A stretch of DNA of 64,000 bases, taken from the NCBI RefSeq assembly GCF_009914755.1, contig NC_060927.1, one strand, 5' to 3'. A program made the position numbers and the translations under genes. The notes beneath the pieces were generated by a model. It did no database searches and was not told the DNA's origin. It saw only the letters and a program-made list of their open reading frames with translations. The DNA is from the human T2T-CHM13v2.0 reference genome, Homo sapiens. Below, one piece after another: positions 29,857 through 43,821 of this stretch (the stretch's first letter is position 1; each line of letters begins with the position of its first letter).

Positions 29857-31130
29857 TTAGGTGAGTGTAAAAGTAATCGAAATTTTTGCCTTGTTGGAAT
29901 TTGCCTTTTGATATTGGAATACATTCTTAAATAAATGTGGTTATGTTATACATCATTTTAATGGTCATCTCTCACTTTATGTTGTTTTGCTAATGACTTA
30001 TTACTTGCTGTTTATTTTATGTTTATTTTATACTATGGAAATGTTATTAGACAAAACGCAAATTCGAGCAATTTTCTTATTCTAGTTCAAAATGGGTTGT
30101 AAAGCAGCGAAGACAACTTGCAACATCAACAATGCATTTGGCCCAGGAACTGCTAATGAATGTGCAGTGCGGTGGTGGTTCAAGAAGTTTTGCAAAGGAG
30201 ATGAGAGCCTTGAAGATGAGGAGCGTAGTGGCCGGCCACCAGAAGTTGACAACGACCAATTGAGAGCAATTGTCAAAGCTGATCCTCTCACAACTACAGA
30301 AGAAGTTGCCGAAGAACTCAGAGGTGACTATTTTACGGTCATTCAGCATTTGAGGCAAATTGGAAAGGTGAAAAAGCTCGATAAGTGGGCGCCTCATGAG
30401 CTGAGTGAAAATAAAAAAAATCGGCGTTTCGAAACGTCATCTTCTCTTATTCTACGCAACAACAATGAACCATTTCTCTCTTCGATTGTGACATGGGACA
30501 AAAATTGCATTTTACCTGACCAGCTCAGTGGTTGGACTGAGAAGAAGCTCCAAAGCACTTCCCAAAGCCAAACTTGCGCCAAAAGCAGGGCATGGTCACC
30601 ATTTGGTGGTCTGCTGTCGGTCTGATCCACTACAGCTTTCTGAATCCCGGCCAAACCATTACATCTGAGAAGTATGCTCAGGAAATCGATGAGATGCACT
30701 GGAAACTGCAGCACCTGCAGCCGGTATGGGTCAACAGAAAGGGCCCAGTTCTTCTCCATGACAATGTCTGACCACACATCACACAACCAATGCTGTCAAA
30801 GTTGAATGAATTGGGCTACGAAGTTTTGCCTCATCCGATATAGTCACCTGACCCCTCGCCAACCAACTACCACTCCTTCAAGCATCTCGATAACTTTTTG
30901 CAGAAAAAATGCTTCCACAACCAGCAGCATGCAGAAAATGTTTTCCAAGAGTTTGTTGAATCCTGAAGCAAAAATTTTTACACTACAGCGATAAACCCTT
31001 ATTTATTATTGGCAAAAATGTGTGTTGATTGTAATGATCCCTATTTTGATTAACAGAGATGTGTTTGAGCCTAGTTGTAATGATTTAAAATTCACAGCCT
31101 GAAAGGGCAACTATTTTTGCACCACCCTAA
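29857..31130 (+). mobile_element. Full-length Hsmar1 mariner DNA transposon (inactive)
   Basis: TIRs TTAGGTGAGTGTAAAAGTAAT and GCAACTATTTTTGCACCACCCTAA. TA at 29855-29856 (right side reads CA). 1274 bp with a transposase remnant inside. Confidence 0.97.
30035..31053 (+). pseudogene. Hsmar1 transposase pseudogene
   Basis: MEMLLDKTQIRAIFLF*FKMG, WAPHEL (WVPHEL motif), VTWDK, LLHDNV and SPDPSPTNYH. Stops at 30083-30085, 30769-30771 and 30841-30843, and a frameshifting deletion near 30515. Confidence 0.95.
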
Positions 31131-31642
31131 CATTACTTATTCTCAGACTGGCGATGGAAATTAAATACCAAAATGTTCATATTTGACCCACTGCAGTGGG
31201 TTACAGAATCAGTGCCACGTACCATTTGAGCTTGGACAAGTCTCTCAACTGCTTGGGAACTCCAGTTCTTTATTTGAAAAGATGGGAGTTTCGCAGAATT
31301 ATGGTTTGATCCCTCTGAGCTGTAAAATGTCATGATTCTTTTCAGTGCTAACTGGACCTCAAGGGAAATAACCCACTGACCTGTTTTCTCATTAATACCA
31401 TTTTGTGAACAACAAGACTAAATATTCAACTGCACTGGAGAAGTGAAAACTTTATGATTTTACAGGCAGGGTTTTATTCTGTCCCTCAAAATCTGGCAGA
31501 TGGTGAAATACTGGGAACATAGAGAAAGCAGCTTCTATTACATCTCCTGTATTTCATAGAGGGAGAGCCTATTCCACTCTTACCCAGATAATTGTGTAGG
31601 TGTGTAGCTGCCAAAATCCTAAAACCAGACCTGACCCATGAC

Positions 31643-32136
<494 letters not shown>

Positions 32137-33189
32137 CAACAATAAAATTCTTATAGCTGGGTTTTTTTTTTTTCATATAGCTGTTAAAAAATGTACAACT
32201 ACCCTCAAATCTACCCCCTCCTCTGTGATTTCATTGCCACCTGGTTAAGGTGGGATAATCTCTAAGGCTCTTTCCACTATGCTGAAGAACATTAACTTCT
32301 ATTGTATTTTCTACTGATGAATGGGACTTCATATCCATTTATTCATTGCCGTGCCTTTACACAGACTCTGGGTCTCCAAGTAATGCTGGTTGACCTAGTT
32401 GGAGGGTAAAGCCCTTGACCATGGTCAGAAAACTCAACTATCTAACTTAAATAAGGCTCCAACTCACCATCAATATGGAGATTAGTTTCAACTTTTTATT
32501 ATTCCAAGGTTAACACCAACCAGGTTAATGGGGTCAAAATTGCATTTGTTGGGTCAGAGCATGAAGTGGTCTTTAGATGAAAAGACAATTGTTAAAACCC
32601 ACAAAGAGAGCTAATGATAATGAGATGCTTAATGGTGTGATGGAGGAGAGACAGCTGTAACACTCTCTTAATGGAAGTTCAAATGATTTTTGGTGAACTT
32701 TCTCTAACTCCTTTGCTCTTGCATTATGTATAATTTATCACATCTAAAGCTCTGAGCCCAATGTATAATAAGCCTGGATTTTGAGATATACTTTCAGGCA
32801 CTCTTTAATCAGTTCTGAGGTTTTGTTATATGTGAGCTCTCTTTCCTCTTGAAAGTAAACGTAGGTAGTACTCATTCAGAAAGTACACAGAGAAATGATA
32901 TTAGTGGAAGATAACAGAGAAACTGATGAATTCTAATTGTTGAGCAATTATTGGATGCATTGGGGAAGAAGTCACTTTTGTAAATTATTGTGTTGGTGGG
33001 AGGAAATATCCAAAGCCAAACAAGGTAATATTCTTTAGGACTTATGGAATTTATCTTATTGTGTCTCTCTTCTCTATAAAATGGTACAACTTGTTACTCA
33101 TTCTCTTTCACCATTACCCCACCCTATATATCTCTTATTCTGAATGTGTGTCTTTCAGGAAACCAGCATCCCATGGCCTTTAAATACTC

Positions 33190-33400
33190 CAGAATTAGAG
33201 GTGGACTGAACTCATGGCTCTGCCGCACTGCTACTTATGAGCTTCATGACCTTTTAGAATTCACTTAAATTCTCTGACTCTTGGTTTCTCCTTTGATACA
33301 TACATTCATAGAATACATAAAATCCGTACCTCAAAATTGTAGTGAAGACTTAAGTCGGCTAGTTCATGTCCAGTTCTAAGCACACAGTCATTATCCAATA
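33190..33400 (+). mobile_element. MIR
   Basis: GGCTCTGCC...GTGACC-like motif, TCACTTAAATTCTCTGACTCTTGGTTTCTC, GTACCTCAAAATTGTAGTGAAGACTTAA. Confidence 0.6.
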
Positions 33401-34614
33401 TCTTGAAAGAAAATAATGCTTAGTATTGATTTTAATGGAAAGTATAAACTCATACTGGTATTAGGGAAAATGGGTAATTTTGCTATAATCTTTTAGAGGG
33501 AAAAACTGCCCAATTATGACTCAAAATCACAAACAATACCAGAAAAGACTGACAAGTTATACTACAAAATCACAATAACCTTTGCTTAGCAAAGGACAGA
33601 ATTATCAAAGTGAGAATAAAAAAATTTTAAAACCTGAAAAACTAGAAAAAATTACTCTAGTCATAGAATAGCTCTAGCCTCAAGCTGCTTTTTCCTACCC
33701 CTCAGGTGTTCCTCTCCTCCCCTTTCTGTCTTCCTGGTCCTGAGCATTGTATCCTTGTCTTTCTTGAAGTCACTTGCGTCTACCCCCATTTCCATATTTG
33801 TCTAAATGTTACCAAGATTCACTCTCCCTAGAAATAACCCCAAATTGGGAAGTGCTTTATAAACAGCATACACTTCACACTTGGATTAATAATTTTCCAT
33901 GAATATGACCAATCTATGTCAGCACTTCTAATTTTCAGGGATTGTGAGATTTTTCTCTAATCTTGACCCAACCTTGTATAAAAATAAGAAAGCAGTGTGA
34001 AAGATGGAGACAAACCTTTAATACTTCTACTAAAAGCCATAAGAATCCTTATATCTCCAGAAATAAAATTCCCTCAAACAAAAATCTTGTCCCAATTATC
34101 TCTCAGTATGGGTCCTAACAACTGTTTCCTTGATCTTCATTGTTCTCTTCTTGCTTCAAGGGATAACATGAATTGAAGGACTCAGCTAAAACATAACTAA
34201 ACAGCACTTGTAACCATCTCACATTAACATTTTCTTTTTCCTGTTTTTATTTGTGCTTCAGACCTTCACTTGCTTTCATATTTCAGCATTCCTGTTTCTT
34301 GAAATAATCACACGCTGACTTTGTCCTAAAGACATAACACATGATCTTCACCAAATCATATAGAGTTGTTGGTCGCCCAAACACTAAATGAAGATTCAGA
34401 GAACGAAGATTCTGGTTTCTCAAGCACAGTATCAACCTGTCAAATCTCTTATAATGTGCTTAGGGAAGGATACAGAGAAGATACAGTTATTAACCAACTA
34501 TTTGGTCAACATAGTAGGCAAATAAAAATATTTTAATGTGTGAAAAACTTTGTGAGAATATGTTATATTGTCCAATTTCCAGATTTAATAAAATTCACAG
34601 AGATTAATATATTG

Positions 34615-35010
34615 AATTATGTAAATCAAACACGCATTGAGTTCCTACTATGCCAGACACTCTTCTAGGTGGTGGGACAACACTGGAGAATCAGATCAAT
34701 TCCACCTTCTCCTACCTTTCCAGAGTTTATAATCTGGCAAAGAATGGTGTAATAAACACAATGTTTACGTATATATTAATATCATATAGGCTGTTCAAGA
34801 TAATATGGACTAAGGAAAAGAAAATTTAGAGCAACATGAGGGAGTTGCAGTATTAAACATGGTGGTCAGGGCTTCCCTCCACGAAACTGTGAGATAGAAG
34901 CAAATGCCTGAAGGTGAGGGAGTGAGCCCTGTAACTGTCTGAGGATGACTGTTACAGGCAGTCCATTAGGGAAGAACATGCTAGCACATTTTGGCATAGC
35001 TGGAGAGGCA
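34615..35010 (-). mobile_element. L2 3' fragment
   Basis: ATTGAGTTCCTACTATGCCAGACACTCTTCTAGG...GGTGGTCAGGGC...CCTGAAGGTGAGGGAGTGAGCC. Confidence 0.75.
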
Positions 35011-36169
35011 CAGGCAATGAGAAGGATGTTGAGAAAAGGCTTTAAAGAGAAAGGAAATAGCAAAAGCAGGGGTAGCAGTTAGAAATCAATTAAGAAAATT
35101 CCCCATGTTAAATAGAAAGAAGGTGGGAAAATTGGAATTCAAATCATGGTTTTCCTGACTCCATAATTTCAGCTGTTGGCCCAAGCTTGCATCATAAATT
35201 CACTGTTGCTTTTCTGTGCTGAAGACTTTTTTGTGGCATAAGGTTTGTAGTGGATGAGTTGGGGGAAGGATGGAAATAACTTTGTTACCCACACTAAACC
35301 TGTAACCTCTTCCCATATTTGTCTGCTGCCCTCTCCCCTCTCCTTTATGAGGTTTGATTGGAAGAAGGAGCTATAGGAATCTCTTGAGTTGCTTTCAAAA
35401 GGATATAAAATGACTCCATGAATAAAATCTTGAATTCAATTATTGTGGTTGTTTCCACTTCAATCTGTGTTTTAGACAGCCATCAAACATTTCCCCACCT
35501 TATTATGAAATAATTTAAGGAGAAATGTGAAGGCAGGTCACAAGAAAAGCATGGGACCATCGACTTCAGCTGAACATCTCTAATTGTGGCTTTAATTGTA
35601 ATGGAGCTTTGACTGAATTCTCATAGAGCTTAGAGATGGGAGTTTCTAATAAGATATATTCAATAGAGGAATTCTTAGAGTGCATTGGTGCTTAGGACAA
35701 TGTGTGGTTTTAAAAATCTTTGTTATGTGCCCATAAACTATACATTGAGAATCAATTCTAAAAGATCAGTCCTGAAGACATAATAAATGACTTCTGAGGT
35801 TTGTCCATGAACTCTATGAAATTTCATATATGTGTGTTCTCACTATTTGAGGAATAAGACCTACAGATTCCTTTAGTTTATTTACCTCAAATAAAGTAAA
35901 ACTAAGATCAGTGCGTTTCCTTAAGACTCACTGCTTTGTGAAACAATGATATTTTAGATTTGTACTTCGCAGTTTACTAAATGCACAAACACACACACAT
36001 ATATATATTTAACCTCAGTATTCAAAGAACCTTTAGCATTGGTTGTCTAAACAACATCCCATGCTAAGGTTTTTGGAATGGAGTAAATTATAAATAATAT
36101 TTTTTAAAATGTGTGAAAAGTTGGCTGCTTAGAAAACATGGTCGTGACCACAATGTTTATATTAGCCCA

Positions 36170-36685
36170 CATGATTAGGTTTCCTGGTGTATAAATAGAC
36201 ACACTCAAACTTGTTTAAGCAATGAAGAGAACTGGTTCAGATAACTGAAAATTACAGAGATAAAGTTGCTTTTAGGTGTGGTTTGATCCAGAAGTTAATT
36301 GTGGCTCCCAGGCGCCGGTTCTTTCAGCTCTGCCACCTCAGTGTGTCAGTTTTGTCCTCAAGTTGGTGTCTCTTGTGGAAGCAAATGGTCATAACAGTTT
36401 CATGTATCTTGTTCCTTGCAAAGTGAAGAGGAAGTGAAACTCTTGGATGCAGCATTGACTGGCCAGTCCTGGGACCATCCGATTGGGCTAGTGCATTGGT
36501 TCACATGTCAACTGAACCCAGTTTTTGAGACCAGAGGGCACTGAGTGTGCTCATTGGCTTCAGCATGGTCACATACTCTTCTGGAAGAGCTGAGAGTAGA
36601 GTCGCATTCCTTGGGGCCACATGGACAGCAAAATGAAAAATTAGTGGTCTTAGAAAAGGGAAAAAATTATGAACACTGGGAAAGT
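36170..36685 (-). mobile_element. Old MLT1 (K/L-like) solo LTR
   Basis: CACTCAAACTTGTTTAAGCAA, GGTTTGATCCAG, ATTGGTTCACATGTC and CTCATTGGCT. Confidence 0.6.
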
Positions 36686-36774
36686 GAAAAGATAACTTCT
36701 ACACTGAGGCAGATGAAAAATACAGTGTCAATAGCAAACACTGGAGGAGAATATCTTGACATAAGCAGCATTAA

Positions 36775-36915
36775 GGCTATTTAAAAGGAGGAAACAGAAG
36801 CCCAGAGAGTTGGAATAGCAGCCTATAGGCACACAAGCAGTAAGTGGATGAACTGGGACTCAAAGGCAGAACTCTTAACCCCAAATCTATTGTTCTTTCT
36901 CACATATACTGTTAT
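36775..36915 (-). mobile_element. MIR
   Basis: GAGGAAACAGAAGCCCAGAGAG...CACACAAGCAGTAAGTGG...CTGGGACTCAAA. Confidence 0.7.
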
Positions 36916-37536
36916 TTCCACAGAGAACCAAGTGCGTAGAGCTCATAAACTGCAAAGCAAATTTGGCTGTGCCTGTGGAAATAAACTGCTGGGTAATATA
37001 TGACTTAGACCAATGACAGCTGTGAATTTCAGTTTCATTTCCAGATACAGAGATAGTTTGCAGAATGGTGGAGTTTTCACTTGCAGGGCACAGTAATGCT
37101 CTTCACTTCTCAGAGGCTTTTCAGCTAAGACTGTCAAAGGTCTCTGGAAAGATGAAACATATTCTACTCCATAATTGAGGAGCCAGAGGCAAAGGGTAGT
37201 GAATTAGCCAAGCCACCACCAGCGCAGCCTAGATGGCCTTGGTCTCCACTGAGCAGTTTATAGTTGTTTTCTACTATAAATAAGGGCATGCACGCAGGAG
37301 CATGAGAGTCACAGACCAAGTCACCAAAGGTGACCCAGAGAGCCTGTGATTAACTTTTCTGTGGCCAGAGAGAGAAAATGGAAAAGTTCAGTAGCAAAGT
37401 AAATTTTTGCCACAATGGTGTTGTTGAAAAATACCCATGACTCAACTCAGCAGATTAAGTTCTGCTCCTGGCTCAGTAAGAAAATAACCTTGGCCATATT
37501 ATTATTATTACTCCCGATTTAAGACGAGGAATCTAG

Positions 37537-37935
<399 letters not shown>

Positions 37936-38017
37936 TGTTTTCAGTATTTATTCTTCTCTCTGCCACTGGGTTATGTAACAAATGATGATTCAAACCTGAC
38001 AATTAAATTGCATTAGA

Positions 38018-38185
38018 TCAGTGCTCCTCACACCTAAGGTGCAAAAGGAATCCCCTGGGATTCTTGTTAAAATGCAAAGTCTGGTTCAGCAGACGAAGGG
38101 TGGAGCTTGAGGGTCTGCATTTCTAATAAACCCCTGATAGATACCAAAGCCGCCCATGCCCAGCCATACTTTGGACACTAGGAGT
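38018..38185. mobile_element. MER5A hAT MITE
   Basis: CAGTGCTCCTCA...CTTGTTAAAATGCA...CTGCATTTCTAATAA...CATACTTTG. Confidence 0.75.
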
Positions 38186-39534
38186 AGAAAGGGTTTAGAA
38201 TTCAGTGTATGTTTCCAGCAAAATACATCCAGAGGAAAAAGACGGCGAGAAAAAGGAGTGGGGGAAGTATGATCTACTGATTTAAAAAAATATGGTATTT
38301 ACAAATCAAGTATAAGTTGAGACTTATAGATTTAAAAACAAAACTATCCTTTGATAAAAGCATACATTCAAACGAAAACACCGATAAGATTTAGTTAAAT
38401 GTATTGTTGATATCCTCACAGCAGTTTGTTGTTTAAGCTGATGAGGAGAAGCACAGGGGCCGGTTCTCCTTTGATTGGCACAATCCTTTCGAGAAATATG
38501 AGGAAGGTTCTAAAGGCTCCCCGCACATGACGCACTAAGGCACGGGGCGGGGGGATTCAAGGATTTCTTTCCTCAGTGGTCCACGGCTGTCCTTCCAGCT
38601 AGAGATGTATTAGAATGTCTGCCAGGATCCCCAATTCCTGGTCCAGTGCTGTTGCTATTAATGGCACTACTCATCAAACTAAGTCACCTCCTCTATGACC
38701 TACATCCTTTTTTGCCAACTATTTTGTGTTAATGGAATCACTCTATCTCTGCAATGAAATGCAAATCATTATTCTTCAAATAACAGCCGTAGTGATCCTG
38801 AAGCTCTTTGTGTAGGCTTCCTTCATTTATCTTTCCCTATAATTTCAGTAATGAGCATAAAAGGATCTAGACAAAAATAGTATGTTGAGAAATGCCAACA
38901 TAAAACCCAGCAGTGACTCATTTCACAAGCTATCTTTTATTTTCCCTATTCTCATTCCCTGGGTCATCGATGAACAAAGTTGCCAGCCTTGCTTCATATG
39001 TTACCTCTTGCATGGATTCAGCAATAATAATTGGAACTGAAAATAAATGTATGTCCAGGAATGAATGATCAGCCCTTTATTCGCCAGATGATTCAAGATC
39101 TCCAGTTTCTCCATTGTCATTTTTATACTGCATATGCTCTTTGTTCTCTGCAATGCTTTATTGACCTCTTTCAGGTTGTAAAGAAGCAGATGAAAGAGGC
39201 AGCCAATGAGGAGCTGGGAGGCATGTGCTGTAAGGGGCTCCTTCACTCTGGAGCAGCACAAGTGCATTATGTTATGTATTGGTTGATAAACTCACCTTTG
39301 TCCCCCTAATTTGGAAGCACCTTGGGAAGAAAATCATACTATTGGCCATTTTGAACTCTACCGGTTACCTATTCCAAGTCTATTGGATTCCAGATGAATA
39401 TTTTTTTGGTCATTAAAAACCACTATTTTTGTAAGTAAGAGGAAGATGTTGGTAGCTCTCAAATCCAACTGAACTCCTTAAGCACATGTACATTATTTAG
39501 CCCAACCTCTAACAACAACACATAATAATAATGG

Positions 39535-39800
39535 TAATGATAGCAGCTAACATTTATTGAGACTTTTTAATATTCAATTGCATAGTTATAAATATTATCT
39601 CAACTAGTATTCTTGGGGAACTTATAAAGCAGTTATTATCATTCTTCTTCTTTTCCTCCTCCTCCTTCTCATTATTATTCCTTGTCTGTAGATTTTTTAA
39701 AAATGGTCTCAGGAAGATTACACACTCTCTCAAGTCATGCATTTATCAGTTATGGAGCTGAGATTGAAACAGCTCCAGAATCTGTGCCTTACCTCTTTTA
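39535..39800 (-). mobile_element. MIR
   Basis: ATAGCAGCTAACATTTATTGAG...CTCAAGTCATGCA...GGAGCTGAGATTGAAAC. Confidence 0.65.
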
Positions 39801-40328
39801 TTTGGGCTTCTTTGATGTAAGCCCAGTATTGCTCTTCTATTCAACATCCCTTATCATTACAGCGTGTCAACAAAAGTAGAGGTCCTGATTGTCCTTTTCC
39901 CTACGGTGGTACCAATACTAAGAATAATGCCCACATCTGGCAAGGACTCACTGTCTAATTGGAGAGAGAGAGGAAAGCAGGGAGATGAAGAGAAGGGGAG
40001 GGAAGGGAGGAAAAAATGAAGTAAGAAAACATTGTGAAGCCTCTACTGGCATGTTTAATCGTTTGCTATGTTTGATGTGAACATCCCAGATCCCAGAAAG
40101 CCACAGAAGGGAGGACAGAAAAAAACATGATAAAGATGTTTGTGGGAAAGTAAAATCAATCCGGTGATACTGTAAGCAAAACATCTTGCAATATTAGGTT
40201 TAATGCTAAATAACGTTCTATGAAATATTTATTTAAAATCTGTCATCTTAATTGGGAAGGTATTTCAGAATGCTTCATATGCTTCACATATATATATAGC
40301 ACTAAGACATTTTAATTAATTGATTTTT

Positions 40329-41512
40329 TTATTATACTTTAAGTTTTAGGGTACATGTGCACAACGTGCAGCTTAGTTACATATGTATACATGTGCCATG
40401 TTGGTGTGCTGCACCCATTAACTCGTCATTTAACATTAGGTATATCTCCTAATGCTATCCCTCCCCCCTCCCCCACCCCACAACAGGCCCCAGTGTATGA
40501 TGTTCCCCTTCCTGTGTCCATGTGTTCCCATTGTTCAATTCCCACCTATGAGTGAGAACATGCGGCGTTTGGTTTTTTTGCCCTTGTGATAGTTTGCTGA
40601 GAATGATGGTTTCCAGCTTCATCCATGTCCCTACAAAGGACATGAACTCATCCTTTTTTATAGTTGCAGAGTATTCCATGGTGTATATGTGCCACATTTT
40701 CTTAATCCAGTCTATCATTGTTGGACATTTGGGTTGGTTCCAAGTCTTTGCTATTGTGAATAGTGCCGCAATAAACATACATGTGCATGTGCCTTTATGG
40801 CAGGATGATTTATAATCCTTTGGGTATATACCCAGTAATGGGATGGCTGGGTCAAATGGTATTTCTAGTTCTAGATCCCTGAGGAATCGCCACACTGACT
40901 TCCACGATGGTTGAACTAGTTTACTGTCCCACCAACAGTGTAAAAGTGTTTCTATTTCTCCACATCCTCTCCAGCACCTGTTGTTTCCTGACTTTTTAAT
41001 GATCGCCGTTCTAACTGGTGTGAGATGGTATCTCATTGTGATTTTGATTTGCATTTCTCTGATGGCCAGTGATGATGAGCATTTTTTCATGTGTCTTTTG
41101 GCTGCATAAATGTCTTGTTTCAAGAAGTGTCTGTTCATATCCTTTGCCCACTTTTTGATGGGTTGTTTGTTTTTTTCTTTTAAGTGTGTTTGAGTTCATT
41201 ATAGATTCTGGATATTAGCCCTTTGTCAGATGAGTAGATTGCAAACATTTTCTCCCATTCTGTAGGTTGCCTGTTCACTCTGATGGTAGTTTCTTTTGCT
41301 GTGCAGAAGCTCTTGAGTTTAACTAGATCCCATTTGTCAATTTTGGCTTTTGTTGCCATTGCTTGTGGTGTTTTAGAGATGAAGTCCTTGCCCATGCCTA
41401 TGTCCTGAATGGTATTGCCTAGGTTTTCTTCTAGGGTTTTTATGGTTATAGGTCTAACATTTAAGTCTTTAATCCATCTTGAATTAATTTTTGTATAAGG
41501 TGTAAGGAAGGG
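40329..41512 (-). mobile_element. 5'-truncated L1PA3/4-type LINE-1 (ORF2 C-terminus and 3' UTR)
   Basis: Perfect 16 bp TSD TAATTAATTGATTTTT (40313-40328 and 41513-41528) at a TTTT/AA endonuclease site. ORF2 peptides CWRGCGE..LLHCWW and [14 protein letters not shown] are broken by frameshifts and stops. Confidence 0.96.
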
Positions 41513-41679
41513 TAATTAATTGATTTTTAAACACAGTAGGTAAATCAGTTTATATTCTCAGTTGTAATGCTTCTTTTAAAGATATAATTAGGGTGAAAAC
41601 TAATTAAAGTTATTTTCTATGACATAATGACATTTATTATATTACCATATTCTTTACAATTACTATTACACTCAACAAA

Positions 41680-41770
41680 TTTCTTCTTTTATTTCTTTTT
41701 TCTGTTTTTATCTTTCTTTCTCCTTTCTTTCTCCTCCCTCTCTCCCTCTTTCTCTTTCTTTCTTATTTTA
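41680..41770 (+). repeat. CT-rich low-complexity tract
   Basis: TTTCTTTCTCCTTTCTTTCTCCTCCCTCTCTCCCTCTTTCTC. Confidence 0.75.
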
Positions 41771-42073
41771 AGCACTTCTAATGTCAACACAAAAGAAACT
41801 GAAGAAAATACTACCGCACATGATATTCAACAATCCGTATTATATTTAGCTGTTAAAATCATTTCTCACCTCTCTCTTTCTCTTCCCCCTCATCTCTGAA
41901 ATTCCAAAAACCTATCTGGGAAAAAAATGATTTGAATTTACAGGCACCCAAAGTAAAGGTCAGAGAGCCTGCCTAAAATGATCCAGGGGCTTGGAGAGCA
42001 GAAACAAGATAAAGGATGAACACTGATGTATGAAACCATTCCTTTCCTTATGCCATTACCATTTAATCTTTTA

Positions 42074-42355
<282 letters not shown>

Positions 42356-42857
42356 TTAAACTTTTATGCTTGTAAATTCACCAGAGAGGGTGACATTAGC
42401 TTAACTTCCTTGATCTGGGAATGTGATTTCCGGCTATGTTTTCATGACAAACTTGCATCACAGCAAACATTCCAGATACCCCAAAGGTTTAGATGTAATG
42501 GCATTTGATTATATGAGTACTGTGTTCCATCCTGAATTTTTAATTCCTCTCTCTCAAAAAAAATTGGGGTATACTGTACCCTACATGGCTCCCTTCTGAA
42601 CCATTTTGAAGTAATTTTAGAGAATATTACTCATCACTTCTTCTTTAACATGAATTTGTCGTCTCTTTTGATTACCACAACTAAGCTAGAGTTGTCACCA
42701 ATAAGTATACAACTGAATCAAAATTTTAAAATCCCCCAAAACCATATGCATTAGACTGTAAGTCTGAGTTAAGCTTTTCAGTAGTAAGCCACACACAGTG
42801 TCAGCATGAAATAATTATATATATATATGAATTATATATAAAGAACTAGTGTTAGAA

Positions 42858-42882
42858 ATATATATATATATATATATATATA
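42858..42882. repeat. (TA)n microsatellite
   Basis: About 12 TA units. Confidence 0.9.
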
Positions 42883-43426
42883 GAACTAGTTTTAGCTGGT
42901 GACTCTGAGCTTGGAAGACACCTAGTTCTGATAACTGGGGATAAACAGAATAATAGTTTGTATTAGCACTCAACTGGATTTTTCATTGTTCAATAGACAT
43001 TGACTGTTCTGGGTGCTGGAAATCCAGTAGTGAACAGAAAAAAATTTTTTATCTACATCAAGTCATATTAATGTAGTAACATACATTGTCTAAGAAGAAT
43101 TTATAGATAAATATATAGATTATATATATATATATACACATGTGTGCATATGTTGTGTATGTGTGATCAGAAAGAAACTTTTGCCCTTACATGCACACAA
43201 ACACACACAAATCATTTTCAGCTAAAAAATCTTTGTGCCTTCAGAGGATTTTCGGAGTAAGAATCTTAGCAGAAGTACAGTTTCCAAAACAAAGTCCAGA
43301 AAATAGTTTTTATTTCTCCCATTTGTCAGTTAGGCAAAAGAACAGTAAGGTTTTGGGCAAAGGGATGGAAAAGGAAGATTTGATGATATTGTGCCAGTGA
43401 ACATGCTTCAAAGAAAACTCAGAGGC

Positions 43427-43821
43427 TTTATTTGTTTCTTATTGCTGCTGTAACAAATCACCACAAACGTAGTTGCTTAATACCAGAAAACTTAATCACT
43501 TATAGTTCTGGAGTTCAGGAGTTACAAAATCAACATGTCAGCAGGGCTGCGTTCTTTCTGGAGGCTCCAGGGGAAAATCTATTTCCTTGCCTTTCCAGTT
43601 TCTAGAAGCTGCTTGCATTTTTTGGCTTGTGCTGCCTCCATTACATAATACAGACCTCTGCTTCTGTGGTCATATCTTTTTGACTCTGACCCTCCTATAA
43701 AGACTCTCTTATAAAGCCCCTTGGAAATATGTAGATCCCAGCCTATAATCCAGGATAATCTTATCTCAAGGTCCTTACTTTAAGTACATATTTTGGGAGA
43801 CTCATTATTCTGTCTAGCATA
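43427..43821 (-). mobile_element. MLT1C/D-type solo LTR
   Basis: TTGCTGCTGTAACAAATCACCACAAAC...CTGGAGGCTCCAGGGGAAAATC...ATTATTCTGTCTAGCATA. Near-TSD GAGGC and GAGAC. Confidence 0.85.

Noticed and set aside
30035-31053. SETMAR exon or an active transposase gene
   Set aside because: It has multiple stops and frameshifts, both TIRs are present, and there is no SET-domain exon in the window.
40455-41138. 227 aa ORF as a host gene
   Set aside because: It is the L1 ORF2 C-terminus of a 5'-truncated L1PA, frameshifted into the 3' UTR.
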